Origin: Gemmatimonadales bacterium
GTDB lineage: Bacteria > Gemmatimonadota > Gemmatimonadetes > Longimicrobiales > Gaopeijiaceae
Length of the DNA stretch: 64,000 nt
Reading direction: 5' to 3'
Assembly: GCA_007695225.1 (NCBI GenBank)
Contig: REED01000076.1
Span: 1,309 to 65,308, forward strand
Below the pieces are notes generated by a model that searched no databases, had not been told where the DNA came from, and was given only the letters and a program-made list of their open reading frames with translations. The first letter of the stretch is position 1. Each line of letters begins with the position of its first letter. This document shows, one piece after another, positions 45,691-53,703 of the stretch. The position numbers and the translations under genes are program-made.

Positions 45691-47034
45691 ATGTCCGGCT
45701 CTCCCCGCTTTCAAATCATTCGAGATCCTCTCTGGAACACCATCCGCCTTGACCCGGTGGCGGTGCGGATCGTCGACACCGCGGCATTCCAGCGCCTTCG
45801 TTACATTCGCCAACTTGGGTTCGCCCACCTGGTGTACCCGGGGGCCACCCACACCCGCTTCGATCACGCCCTTGGGGTATATCACCTCACCGTCACGGCC
45901 CTCCGGCTCCTGGAGGAGAGGGAGCCCCTCGCCCCGGAAGCCAGGGAAGGGATGGATCGGCTTCCCTACGCCGCCCTCCTCCACGATATCGGGCACTTCG
46001 CCTTCTCCCACGCCCTGGAGGAACTGGAGGCGGATCGGCTCCCCGGTGACCACGAGGCGGTGAGCGCTCGTTTCTTCCGCTCCCCCGAGCTGGCGCGGGC
46101 GCTGGAGGATCTGGGTCCCGGGGCGCCGGAGGAGATCCACGACATCATCCGCGGTGTGTCCCGTCACCCTCTCAGGGGACTGGTCAGCGGGAGCCTAGAC
46201 CTGGACAAGATGGAGTACCTCCGTCGGGATGCCCGTTTCTGCGGCGTTCCCTACGGAGAAGTGGACGTGGATCGCCTCCTCCAGGGTCTGGCCCTACTAC
46301 CGGATCCGGACACGGGACGGTTGGAGGTGGGCATCCAGGAGAAGGCACTCAGCGCGTTGGAATCCCTTCTCTTTGCCAAGTATCAGATGTTCCGGAACGT
46401 GTATTGGCATCATGCGGTTCGGGCCGCCACCGCGCTCTACAAGAGAATCGTCTCCGAGGCGGTGGAGATGGGTCTCCTGGAGTCAGGCGAACTGGTGGGG
46501 CCCACCGACGAGGAGTTGCTCTACGAGATCCGGCGTCGGGCCCAGGCTTGCGACGATCCGCTGGCGCACCGTTTGGGGAATCATTGGATCCCGGCCCTCA
46601 GGAATCGGCGCCTGCCGAAGCGGGCCTGTGAACTCACCCCTCCGGAGCTGGAAGGGGTGGCCCTTCCACCCTGGGTGGGGGAAGACTCCCCGGAGCGGAG
46701 GGAGGTGGAGGACCGCCTCGCCGGGGAGCTGGGGCTGGGAACCGGCGAGGTCTTCATCGACTTCCCCGGGAAGAGTCGGATGATGGAATTGGATCTCCTG
46801 GTCCGGAGGCGTGGGGGGAGGGTGGAGCGGCTCCGGGACGGAGGGCTTCCCGGGCTTCTGGATCTGCCCGCCGTGGCAGAGGAGCTCTATCGGACCACGC
46901 GGGTCCTCCGGGTCTTCACCCTCCAGCCACGAGAAGTGGCTCCGGAGCGGGTTTTGTCCCTCCTGGCTTCAAGGGTGGAGGACGCGTCCGACCCAGGCTT
47001 CAAGGCGAGGAACACCGTCGCGAAGGGGGGTTAG
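45691..47034 (+). CDS. HD-domain phosphohydrolase (dNTP triphosphohydrolase/SAMHD1-like family)
   Basis: FQRLRYIRQLGFAHLVYPGATHTRFDHALGVYHL and LLHDIGHFAFSH give the H...HD...D metal-binding pattern. The protein is 447 aa with a long helical C-terminal region. Confidence 0.8.
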   Translation: MSGSPRFQIIRDPLWNTIRLDPVAVRIVDTAAFQRLRYIRQLGFAHLVYPGATHTRFDHALGVYHLTVTALRLLEEREPLAPEAREGMDRLPYAALLHDIGHFAFSHALEELEADRLPGDHEAVSARFFRSPELARALEDLGPGAPEEIHDIIRGVSRHPLRGLVSGSLDLDKMEYLRRDARFCGVPYGEVDVDRLLQGLALLPDPDTGRLEVGIQEKALSALESLLFAKYQMFRNVYWHHAVRAATALYKRIVSEAVEMGLLESGELVGPTDEELLYEIRRRAQACDDPLAHRLGNHWIPALRNRRLPKRACELTPPELEGVALPPWVGEDSPERREVEDRLAGELGLGTGEVFIDFPGKSRMMELDLLVRRRGGRVERLRDGGLPGLLDLPAVAEELYRTTRVLRVFTLQPREVAPERVLSLLASRVEDASDPGFKARNTVAKGG

Positions 47035-47251
47035 CAGAGAGACCACCTGCTCCCAGGATCCGGCGTCGATGAGGAAGACACTGGACCAATCGGGGCCGGA
47101 TCCATAGGTTCAAGGGCTGTGGATCCCATGTCCGGCGGCGGGGTAGAAAGGCCCGTTGAGGAGAGGATAGGAATCGTACATGACGGCGGGGTCGACACTG
47201 AGGCCTGGATATGGCCTCACACCCCGGCGCCCCGTAAGGAGATAGATCGCG

Positions 47252-48160
47252 ATGGCCAGCACTTCCCAGAAGGGACGTCGAAAGAAGAAAGGGCGTTCCG
47301 GGAGCCCCCTGGGCGGGTTTGACGCCAGCCTGGATGAGCAAACCGCCCTGGATCAGTACCTCCGGGATGTGAGCCGGCATGAACTCATCACCCCGGACCG
47401 GGAGAAGGAGTTGGGCGCGCTTGCCCAGGCCGGGGACGAGGAAGCCGTCCAGGAGCTGGCGCGGGCGAACCTCCGCTTCGTCATCAGCGTAGCCAAGAAG
47501 TACCAGAACCGGGGGGTCTCCCTAACCGACCTGATCCAGGAAGGAAACGTTGGACTGGTGACGGCTGCCCGGAAGTTCGATCCCGAGCAGGGGGTGAAGT
47601 TCATCTCCTACGCCGTTTGGTGGATCCGGCAGGCCATTCTGGCCGCTCTGGCAAACCATGGTCGTTCGGTCCGGGTCCCCCTCAACCGGGCCTCGGATCT
47701 GGCTCGGATCTTCCGGGAGAAGGAGCGGCTCAAGCAGGAGCTGGGTCGGGAACCCAACCCCGAAGAGCTGAGCGCTGCAACCGACCTCACTCCGGAACTC
47801 ATCGAGTCGCTCCAGACGTTGAACGCGGCGGAGATCCGGTTGGACGCCCCCATCGGGGACAGCGAGGACTCGCAACTGGTGGAGCGCTTCATCAACGAAG
47901 AGGCGGCTGAGCCCGAGCAGGACGTGGAAGGCCGACTCCTCTCTGAAGCCGTCCGGGGAGCGCTGGATACGCTGGAGGCTCGGGACGCCAAGGTCCTGCG
48001 CCTGTACTTCGGGCTGGATGGGGAGCGGGAGCACACCCTGGAGGAGATCGGGAACATGCTCGGGGTCACCCGGGAACGAATCCGCCAGCTCCGGGACCGG
48101 GCCCTACGGCGACTCCGGGAGGGGGAGAAGGGCGACGCGCTGGAGTCCTTTGCCGCCTGA
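47252..48160 (+). CDS. RNA polymerase sigma factor, sigma-70 family (paralogue of the gene at 34174-35034)
   Basis: AAGGAG lies 8 nt upstream of the ATG. Region 2 is ANLRFVISVAKKYQNRGVSLTDLIQEGNVGLVTAARKFDPEQGVKFISYAVWWIRQ. Region 4 is LEEIGNMLGVTRERIRQLRDRALRRLR. Confidence 0.9.
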   Translation: MASTSQKGRRKKKGRSGSPLGGFDASLDEQTALDQYLRDVSRHELITPDREKELGALAQAGDEEAVQELARANLRFVISVAKKYQNRGVSLTDLIQEGNVGLVTAARKFDPEQGVKFISYAVWWIRQAILAALANHGRSVRVPLNRASDLARIFREKERLKQELGREPNPEELSAATDLTPELIESLQTLNAAEIRLDAPIGDSEDSQLVERFINEEAAEPEQDVEGRLLSEAVRGALDTLEARDAKVLRLYFGLDGEREHTLEEIGNMLGVTRERIRQLRDRALRRLREGEKGDALESFAA

Positions 48161-48181
48161 TCCGTTGCGTCTTCCCAATTC

Positions 48182-48234
48182 CGCTCCGGCCCCCCGTTCC
48201 AGCTTCGTGCTGAAGCGGGGGGCCGGAGCGTTTT
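48182..48234 (+). terminator. intrinsic terminator after the sigma-factor gene
   Basis: A perfect 15-bp stem, CGCTCCGGCCCCCCG ... CGGGGGGCCGGAGCG, with an inner 4-bp stem (CAGC/GCTG), followed directly by TTTT. Confidence 0.75.
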
Positions 48235-48310
48235 CATATCCTATGTCGCGGGGGAGCGGATGAGGGCGTCCGGAAGAGCCCATCCAGGGGGAGCCCACCC
48301 AGGCCCGGCC

Positions 48311-49279
48311 ATGGAGGGCGTGGTCCTGGAAAGCATCGGCGGCGTCTACCGGGTCCTGCTGGGGAGCGACGATCCCGGGGAGGAGCGAGGGGAAAGGCCA
48401 GGGGAGGTGCCAGGGGAAGAGCCGGGGGAAGAGCCGGGGGCGGGCAGGATGGTGGACGCTTTCCTCCGGGGCCGGCTGAAGCAGGAACGGCGGACGGGGG
48501 ACCGGGTCGTGGCCGGCGACCGGGTCCGGGTCGGCCAGGGGGAGGATGGCACCTGGACGGTGGAGGAGGTCTTCCAGCGACGCTCCGAACTCGTCCGGGC
48601 GGGACCCGGAGGGCACCGTCCCAAGGTGGTGGCCGCGAATCTGGATCGGGTCGTGGTCGTGGTGTCCGCCGATCATCCGCCCCTTCGTCGGGAGCAAGTG
48701 GATCGATTCCTGGCCTTGGCCGAAACCTGCGGGTTGGAAGGGGTGCTCGTGGTGAACAAGGCGGATCTCGCCGGAGATGCGGGGGCGCTGGCGGAGGTGG
48801 TGGAGCTCTATCGCGGGATCGGCTACACCGTCCTGCCTACCAGCGTGATGACGGGAGAGGGGCTGGAGCCCTTCGGCCGGATCCTCCACCAGGGGATCAA
48901 TGCCCTGGTGGGCCCTTCGGGAGTGGGAAAGTCGTCGCTCCTGAATGCATTGGCACCGGGGCTCTCGCTCCGGGTGGGGGAGGTTACCGCTCGGCTCAAG
49001 TCTGGACGGCACACCACGGTTGGAGCTCGCCTCCTCCTCCTTCCCGGGGGAGGGAAGGTCGTAGACACTCCCGGGTTCTCCGATGTGGGCCTCTGGGGCG
49101 TGGACCCTGCCGCCCTCCCCGAGGCCTTCCGGGAGTTCCAGTCCCTGGCGGAGGCGTGCCGGTTCCGGGGATGCTCCCACGTGCATGAACCGCAGTGCGC
49201 CGTCCAGGCGGCAGTGGAGGAAGGGAAGATCGACAGGGGCCGCTATCAGAGCTATCTGGACCTTCAGGCCGGGGATTGA
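48311..49279 (+). CDS. rsgA: ribosome small-subunit-dependent GTPase A
   Basis: Circularly permuted GTPase motifs VVNKADL, GPSGVGKSSLLNAL and DTPGF. The zinc knuckle is CRFRGCSHVHEPQC. Start at ATG 48311 (MEGVVLESIGGVYRV). Confidence 0.92.
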   Translation: MEGVVLESIGGVYRVLLGSDDPGEERGERPGEVPGEEPGEEPGAGRMVDAFLRGRLKQERRTGDRVVAGDRVRVGQGEDGTWTVEEVFQRRSELVRAGPGGHRPKVVAANLDRVVVVVSADHPPLRREQVDRFLALAETCGLEGVLVVNKADLAGDAGALAEVVELYRGIGYTVLPTSVMTGEGLEPFGRILHQGINALVGPSGVGKSSLLNALAPGLSLRVGEVTARLKSGRHTTVGARLLLLPGGGKVVDTPGFSDVGLWGVDPAALPEAFREFQSLAEACRFRGCSHVHEPQCAVQAAVEEGKIDRGRYQSYLDLQAGD

Positions 49280-50106
49280 TCCGGGTCCGGGGACCGATCC
49301 CGGTCTGAGCCGGACTTCCATCCCCGACTCCGGCTCCCGGGGATGATCCGGGGCGTACCGGTCTCCGGGTCCATGCGCACCGCTACCGGCCACTGATAGA
49401 CCTCCTCCAGGATCCCTTCCTGTAGAACCTCTCCCGCCGTTCCCTCCGCCGCCACCCGCCCCTGGTTCAGGAGCAACAGCCGATCGGAGAAGCGGGCTGC
49501 CAGGTCCAGGTGGTGGGTGATGAGGAGGACGCTGATCCCCCGGTCCGCCGAATCCCGGAGGAGGCCCAGGATCTCCATCTCGTGACGGATATCCAGGGAG
49601 GCGGTGGGCTCGTCCAGCACCAGGGCCCTGGGCTCCTGGGCCAGCGCTCTGGCGATGCGTACCCGCTGAAACTCCCCGCCGGAGAGGGTCCCCACTTCCC
49701 GGCGTGCGAGTGACATGGCATCGCAGCGTTCCAGGGCGGCCCGGACTGCAGCCCGGTCATGAGGGCCCTCGCGGCGAAGCGCGCCCAGATGGGGATACCG
49801 CCCCATGGCCACCAGTTCCCGGACGGTGATGGGAAAGGCCACCGTCTCGGTCTGGGTCACCGCCCCCACGCTCCGGGCGAGTTCCCGACGATCCCACCCC
49901 TCCAGGGGTCGTCCGTCCAGTCGCACCTCTCCGCCTGCCAGGGGAACATTCCCCATAAGGGCCTTCATGAGAGTGGACTTCCCTGAGCCGTTGGGTCCCA
50001 GCACGGCGTGAAGGGTGCCGGGAAGGACGCGGACCGAGACATCCGCGAGGGCAGGCCGTTCGGCGCCTGGATAGCGAACGGTGAGCCGCTCTCCCTCCAG
50101 GATCAT
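49264..50106 (-). CDS. ABC transporter ATP-binding protein (iron-siderophore/cobalamin type, FecE/BtuD-like)
   Basis: Walker A GPNGSGKST, signature LSGGEFQR, Walker B LVLDEPT. The ATG at 50106 overlaps the permease stop (ATGA). The longer 497-aa ORF-track version is an out-of-frame read-through over the permease gene. Confidence 0.9.
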   Translation of the reverse strand: MILEGERLTVRYPGAERPALADVSVRVLPGTLHAVLGPNGSGKSTLMKALMGNVPLAGGEVRLDGRPLEGWDRRELARSVGAVTQTETVAFPITVRELVAMGRYPHLGALRREGPHDRAAVRAALERCDAMSLARREVGTLSGGEFQRVRIARALAQEPRALVLDEPTASLDIRHEMEILGLLRDSADRGISVLLITHHLDLAARFSDRLLLLNQGRVAAEGTAGEVLQEGILEEVYQWPVAVRMDPETGTPRIIPGSRSRGWKSGSDRDRSPDPDQSPA

Positions 50107-51101
50107 GCCCTCAGGCTCCGTCGAAGGAGGAAGAGAAAGAAGGGGACGCCGATGAAGGCGGTGATGACCCCGATGGGGATCTCGGTCGGCGCAAGGGCCG
50201 TGCGGGCCACCAGGTCCGTGATGGTGAGAAACGCTGCGCCGGCAAGGAAGGAAAGGGGAAGGAGGGTGCGGTGGTCCGGTCCGGTGAGGAGTCGGACGGC
50301 ATGAGGCACCACGAGCCCCACGAAGCCGATAACGCCGGTGAAGGCCACTCCGGCGGCCGCCAAAAGGGAGGCCACGCCATACGCAACCCGCTTCGTCCGC
50401 TCGACCTCGGTGCCCAGGTAGCTGGCGGTCTCCTCTCCGATGGCCATGACGTTGAGCGCCCGGGCCAGTCCCATGAGGAGAAACGCCGCAGGCAGGGTAT
50501 AGACCGCCACAATCGCCACCGTCCGCCATCCGGCGCCGGACAGGCTCCCCATCATCCAGAGTATGGCGGTGCGGACGGTGGGGGCGTCGGAGAGGGAGAG
50601 GATGAGGGCGATGCACGCCGAGAAGAAGGCACCCACCACCACGCCGGCCAGGAGGAGCACCCGGACATCGAGTCGCCGGTCGGCGGAGGCGGCTACCCCG
50701 AAGACCAGTGCAATGGCCAGCAACGCTCCTCCAAAGGCGGCGCTGGGCAGAAACCATGAGGCGGCGGAGGCGAGGCCCAGGGCAAGGATGGCCACCACCC
50801 CTGCCGCGGCACCCCCCGAGATGCCCAGGATGTAGGGCTCTGCCAGGGGGTTGCGGAGGAGAGCCTGGAGGACGGCACCGGCAAGCGCCAGTCCACCGCC
50901 GACCAGCATTCCCAACAGGACCCGGGGAAGGCGAAGCTCCAGGACGATGAAACGGGCAGAGGCATCCCCTCTCCCGGCCAGAATGGCGAGGATCTCCTGG
51001 GAGGTCAGGTGGACCGCACCGAAACGAACCCCCAGGATCCCGGCAAGGAGGACACAGGCAAGGAGGGTGATGGCCATTCCCTTGGCAGGGATTCTCACCA
51101 C
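50103..51101 (-). CDS. FecCD-family ABC permease (BtuC/FhuB-like)
   Basis: About 9-10 TM helices with typical FecCD segments (LELRLPRVLLGMLVGGGLALAGAVLQ; GVIGFVGLVVPH). Confidence 0.9.
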   Translation of the reverse strand: MVRIPAKGMAITLLACVLLAGILGVRFGAVHLTSQEILAILAGRGDASARFIVLELRLPRVLLGMLVGGGLALAGAVLQALLRNPLAEPYILGISGGAAAGVVAILALGLASAASWFLPSAAFGGALLAIALVFGVAASADRRLDVRVLLLAGVVVGAFFSACIALILSLSDAPTVRTAILWMMGSLSGAGWRTVAIVAVYTLPAAFLLMGLARALNVMAIGEETASYLGTEVERTKRVAYGVASLLAAAGVAFTGVIGFVGLVVPHAVRLLTGPDHRTLLPLSFLAGAAFLTITDLVARTALAPTEIPIGVITAFIGVPFFLFLLRRSLRA

Positions 51102-51997
51102 CCCCGCTCCGGGTGGATCACCCGGGCCACCTCCACGGCGGAGGACCCTACCCGATGTCCAGGTGCCTGGACGTCCGTTGGCACCCGTCGAAGGGGCAGG
51201 TGGGCGAGACCCGAAGGGATGCCGACGCCGTCGGGAGCCAGGAGGAGGGTCGGAGCACGATAGATCACCTCCTCTACGCTCACCGGTGAGTAGAGGGGGC
51301 CCACATCGCCGAACACGTTCTCGCCCCCTGCTACCTCTATGAGTTCATGAAGAAAGGTGCCCCGTCCGGCCACCCACGGGGGGTCGCCGCCCAGAATGAA
51401 GGCGACGCGGACCGGTGGCTCCCCTTCCACCAGTCGCCGCACCCGATCGAGTTCCCCATCCATGAGTGTCAGGAGGCGCTCGCCCTCCTCCGTTGCATCG
51501 GTGATTCGGGCCAGGGTCCCGATCATCCGCCGGATATCCCCGATGGTATCCGGACGCACGGCGATATGCTGGATGCCCGCCGCATCCAGGGCAGCCGGAG
51601 TGGCCTGGTCGGATTCACCATCGAAGCGAACGACCAGGTCCGGGGCAAGCCCCACCAGTCGCTCCACCGAGGGATGCAATCCACCCCCCACCGAGGGGAG
51701 GTGGGACAGCTCCGGGTCCAGGTCGTAATCGGTTCGGCCCACCAGCCGATTCCCCTCCCCGAGGGCCTGGAAGATCCCGGTGGCCGCCGGGACGAGGGAG
51801 ATGATGCGGAGGGGTTCCTCCTCGAGAAGCACCTCCTGGCCGGCGTCGTCCCGCAGGGTCAGGGGATATGGGCTGTCCTCCTCTGGGACGGCCGGGGCGG
51901 GCGGTGGCTCCCCTTCGCCACACCCTGGCAGGGGCAGGAGAAGGGTGGCGAGGAGAAGGAGGGGGGAGAGGGCCCGCATCCGGACCGCGGGCCACAT
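51095..51997 (-). CDS. periplasmic binding lipoprotein of the ABC importer (BtuF/FecB-like, PBP type 8)
   Basis: Lipobox LLLPLPGCG. Typical segments are PLRIISLVPAATGIFQALG, PDLVV and the vicinity of GGENVF. The start is either ATG 51997 (sharing 1 nt with the upstream stop) or ATG 51979. Confidence 0.8.
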   Translation of the reverse strand: MWPAVRMRALSPLLLLATLLLPLPGCGEGEPPPAPAVPEEDSPYPLTLRDDAGQEVLLEEEPLRIISLVPAATGIFQALGEGNRLVGRTDYDLDPELSHLPSVGGGLHPSVERLVGLAPDLVVRFDGESDQATPAALDAAGIQHIAVRPDTIGDIRRMIGTLARITDATEEGERLLTLMDGELDRVRRLVEGEPPVRVAFILGGDPPWVAGRGTFLHELIEVAGGENVFGDVGPLYSPVSVEEVIYRAPTLLLAPDGVGIPSGLAHLPLRRVPTDVQAPGHRVGSSAVEVARVIHPERGW

Positions 51998-53034
51998 CAG
52001 TCCCAGCCGCGAAGGGCGCCAGTGGCCGGTGAGACGCCACATGCGTCCTGGTACCGGAGCCCCCATTCCCCTTCCCGCTCCCCGAGGATGGCAAGCCAGC
52101 GTTCCTCGGTGCCGAAGACCTCCAAGATTAGCTCCGGCTCCCCCTCTTCCCGGAGAAGGCCCGCCGCCCGGAGGCGGGGGAATGCCTTCCCCTGACGTGC
52201 GGTCTGATACCAACTCCAGAAAGGCCGCCACTGGTCACCGTCCCTGCGGCCCAGGGCGAAGAGCCCGTAGCCGGTGACGGCGGGAGTTCCCACGGAGAGA
52301 TCATCTCCGAAGACCAGGCTGGCGGCCAAGGCCTCTCCACCGTCATCGAGGGTGAAAGAACGGGTGTCCCGGAGGATGTCGGGGATGGCCGGGGGCCAGG
52401 GGACATCCGCCCGGGGGATGATGAAGCGGGCCAAAGAGAGAGCTCCAGCCTGTCGGACTGCGGCTGTACCCGCCCCCGGGTGGGGCACCACGGCAAGGGG
52501 GCGGGGGGAGAAGCCGCCGGATTCCACGTCGGCCTTCCGGACGGCGAAGAAGACCTGACCGCCCTCGGCACCGGGGCGAAGCTCCACGGTGCCCCGTCCC
52601 GCGGGCCGGATCCCACAGTAGGTGCTGTCGGCCTCCACGGAGCCGTCACTGATCAGGGTCCCGGCCCGCATTCCCCGATCCATCAGGACGAATTCCGTTC
52701 CTTCCTCCCATCGCTGCAACGGGAACCGGGGGAGGAGATCAGGGGTCTCCCCGACATCGGGAAGGGCCTCGTAGGTCCCGTTCCGCCACTCGGCCACGGG
52801 GAGGAATCGGCCGGCGGCTCCGCTCCGGTCCACCAGGTAGACCAGGGGTCCCAGCTCAAGGGGTTCAGGGGGCCGTTCCTCGGATTCCAGTTCCGTATCC
52901 GGGAGGAGCGAGGAGGGGGGCGGGGGAGGTGGGCGCAGTATGACGTCCAACCCGCCCCAGCTTACGTTGTCGCACCCGGGGACGAGCGTCAGGATCACGC
53001 AGACGGCAAAGAGGGAAAAACCCTTGAAACGCAT
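51997..53034 (-). CDS. hypothetical lipoprotein, first gene of the BtuFCD-like operon
   Basis: The ATG at 53034 gives MRFKGFSLFAVCVILTLVPGC (signal peptide plus lipobox). The stop abuts or overlaps the binding-protein start. I recognise no family. Confidence 0.6.
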   Translation of the reverse strand: MRFKGFSLFAVCVILTLVPGCDNVSWGGLDVILRPPPPPPSSLLPDTELESEERPPEPLELGPLVYLVDRSGAAGRFLPVAEWRNGTYEALPDVGETPDLLPRFPLQRWEEGTEFVLMDRGMRAGTLISDGSVEADSTYCGIRPAGRGTVELRPGAEGGQVFFAVRKADVESGGFSPRPLAVVPHPGAGTAAVRQAGALSLARFIIPRADVPWPPAIPDILRDTRSFTLDDGGEALAASLVFGDDLSVGTPAVTGYGLFALGRRDGDQWRPFWSWYQTARQGKAFPRLRAAGLLREEGEPELILEVFGTEERWLAILGEREGEWGLRYQDACGVSPATGALRGWD

Positions 53035-53157
53035 AAGGTATTGGAGTACAGAGGAGGGCGGGGGGCCCATCCCGGCTGGGGAGGAATCCTTCTCCGGGAT
53101 CCGGAAGGGGAAAGCTACCCTGAACCGATGGGGGACGCAAAGCAGCGGGGAGCGGCC

Positions 53158-53703
53158 ATGATCGACCCGGGCCGACTCCGGGAGGCCATGGGTCGCTTCG
53201 CCACAGGTGTGACGGTGGTGACGGGGCGGCGCACTTCTGGAGAGTGGGTGGGGTTCACCGCCAACTCCCTCACATCGGTTTCCCTGGATCCCCCGCTCGT
53301 ACTGGTCTGTGTGGACCGGGCGTCGTCCTCTCGGGATGCCCTGCTGGAATCAGGTCGCTTCGCGGTATCCCTGTTGGGGAGGGGTCAGGAGGATGTGGCC
53401 CGGCGCTTCGCCGGCAAGGCCCAACGGGATTCCCGCTTTGAGGAGCTTTCCGTCCGGGCGGGCCGGGAGGGGGTGCCCATCCTGGATGGAGCCATGGCCT
53501 GGCTGGACTGTCGAATCTGGGAGGTGGTGGAGGCGGGGGACCATACAGTGCTCTTCGGTGCCGTGGAGATGGCCGGGACCGACGAGGATCCAGAGGACGA
53601 GGCGAACCCGGGGCCTGGGCCTGAGTCGCAACGGGTCCCCATCCAGCGGGGGGCAGATCCCCTGGTCTACTACCGGGGAAAATTCGGGACCCTGGCTTCG
53701 TGA
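53158..53703 (+). CDS. flavin reductase-like (HpaC/NADH:FMN oxidoreductase family) protein
   Basis: AMGRFATGVTVVTGR...GFTANSLTSVSLDPPLVLVCV...F.VSLL is the flavin-reductase-domain pattern. The ATG at 53158 has GGGGAG about 7 nt upstream; an alternative ATG is at 53128. Confidence 0.8.
   Translation: MIDPGRLREAMGRFATGVTVVTGRRTSGEWVGFTANSLTSVSLDPPLVLVCVDRASSSRDALLESGRFAVSLLGRGQEDVARRFAGKAQRDSRFEELSVRAGREGVPILDGAMAWLDCRIWEVVEAGDHTVLFGAVEMAGTDEDPEDEANPGPGPESQRVPIQRGADPLVYYRGKFGTLAS

Noticed and set aside
49264-50757. ORF-track N-terminal extensions suggesting fused or very long proteins. Examples are the 497-aa ABC ATPase, 407 aa at 52480-53703, 378 aa at 51095-52231, 209 aa at 1852-2481 and 416 aa at 35258-36508.
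   Set aside because: The extensions overlap neighbouring genes in another frame and are Arg/Pro/Gly-rich. Internal ATG/GTG starts with RBS-like sequences or stop-start overlaps give proteins of normal family length.
53035-53157. Possible cobalamin riboswitch upstream of the BtuFCD-like operon.
   Set aside because: The divergent spacer is only about 120 bp, and I see no B12-box-like sequence (GCCACTG core). It is too short for the aptamer plus expression platform.
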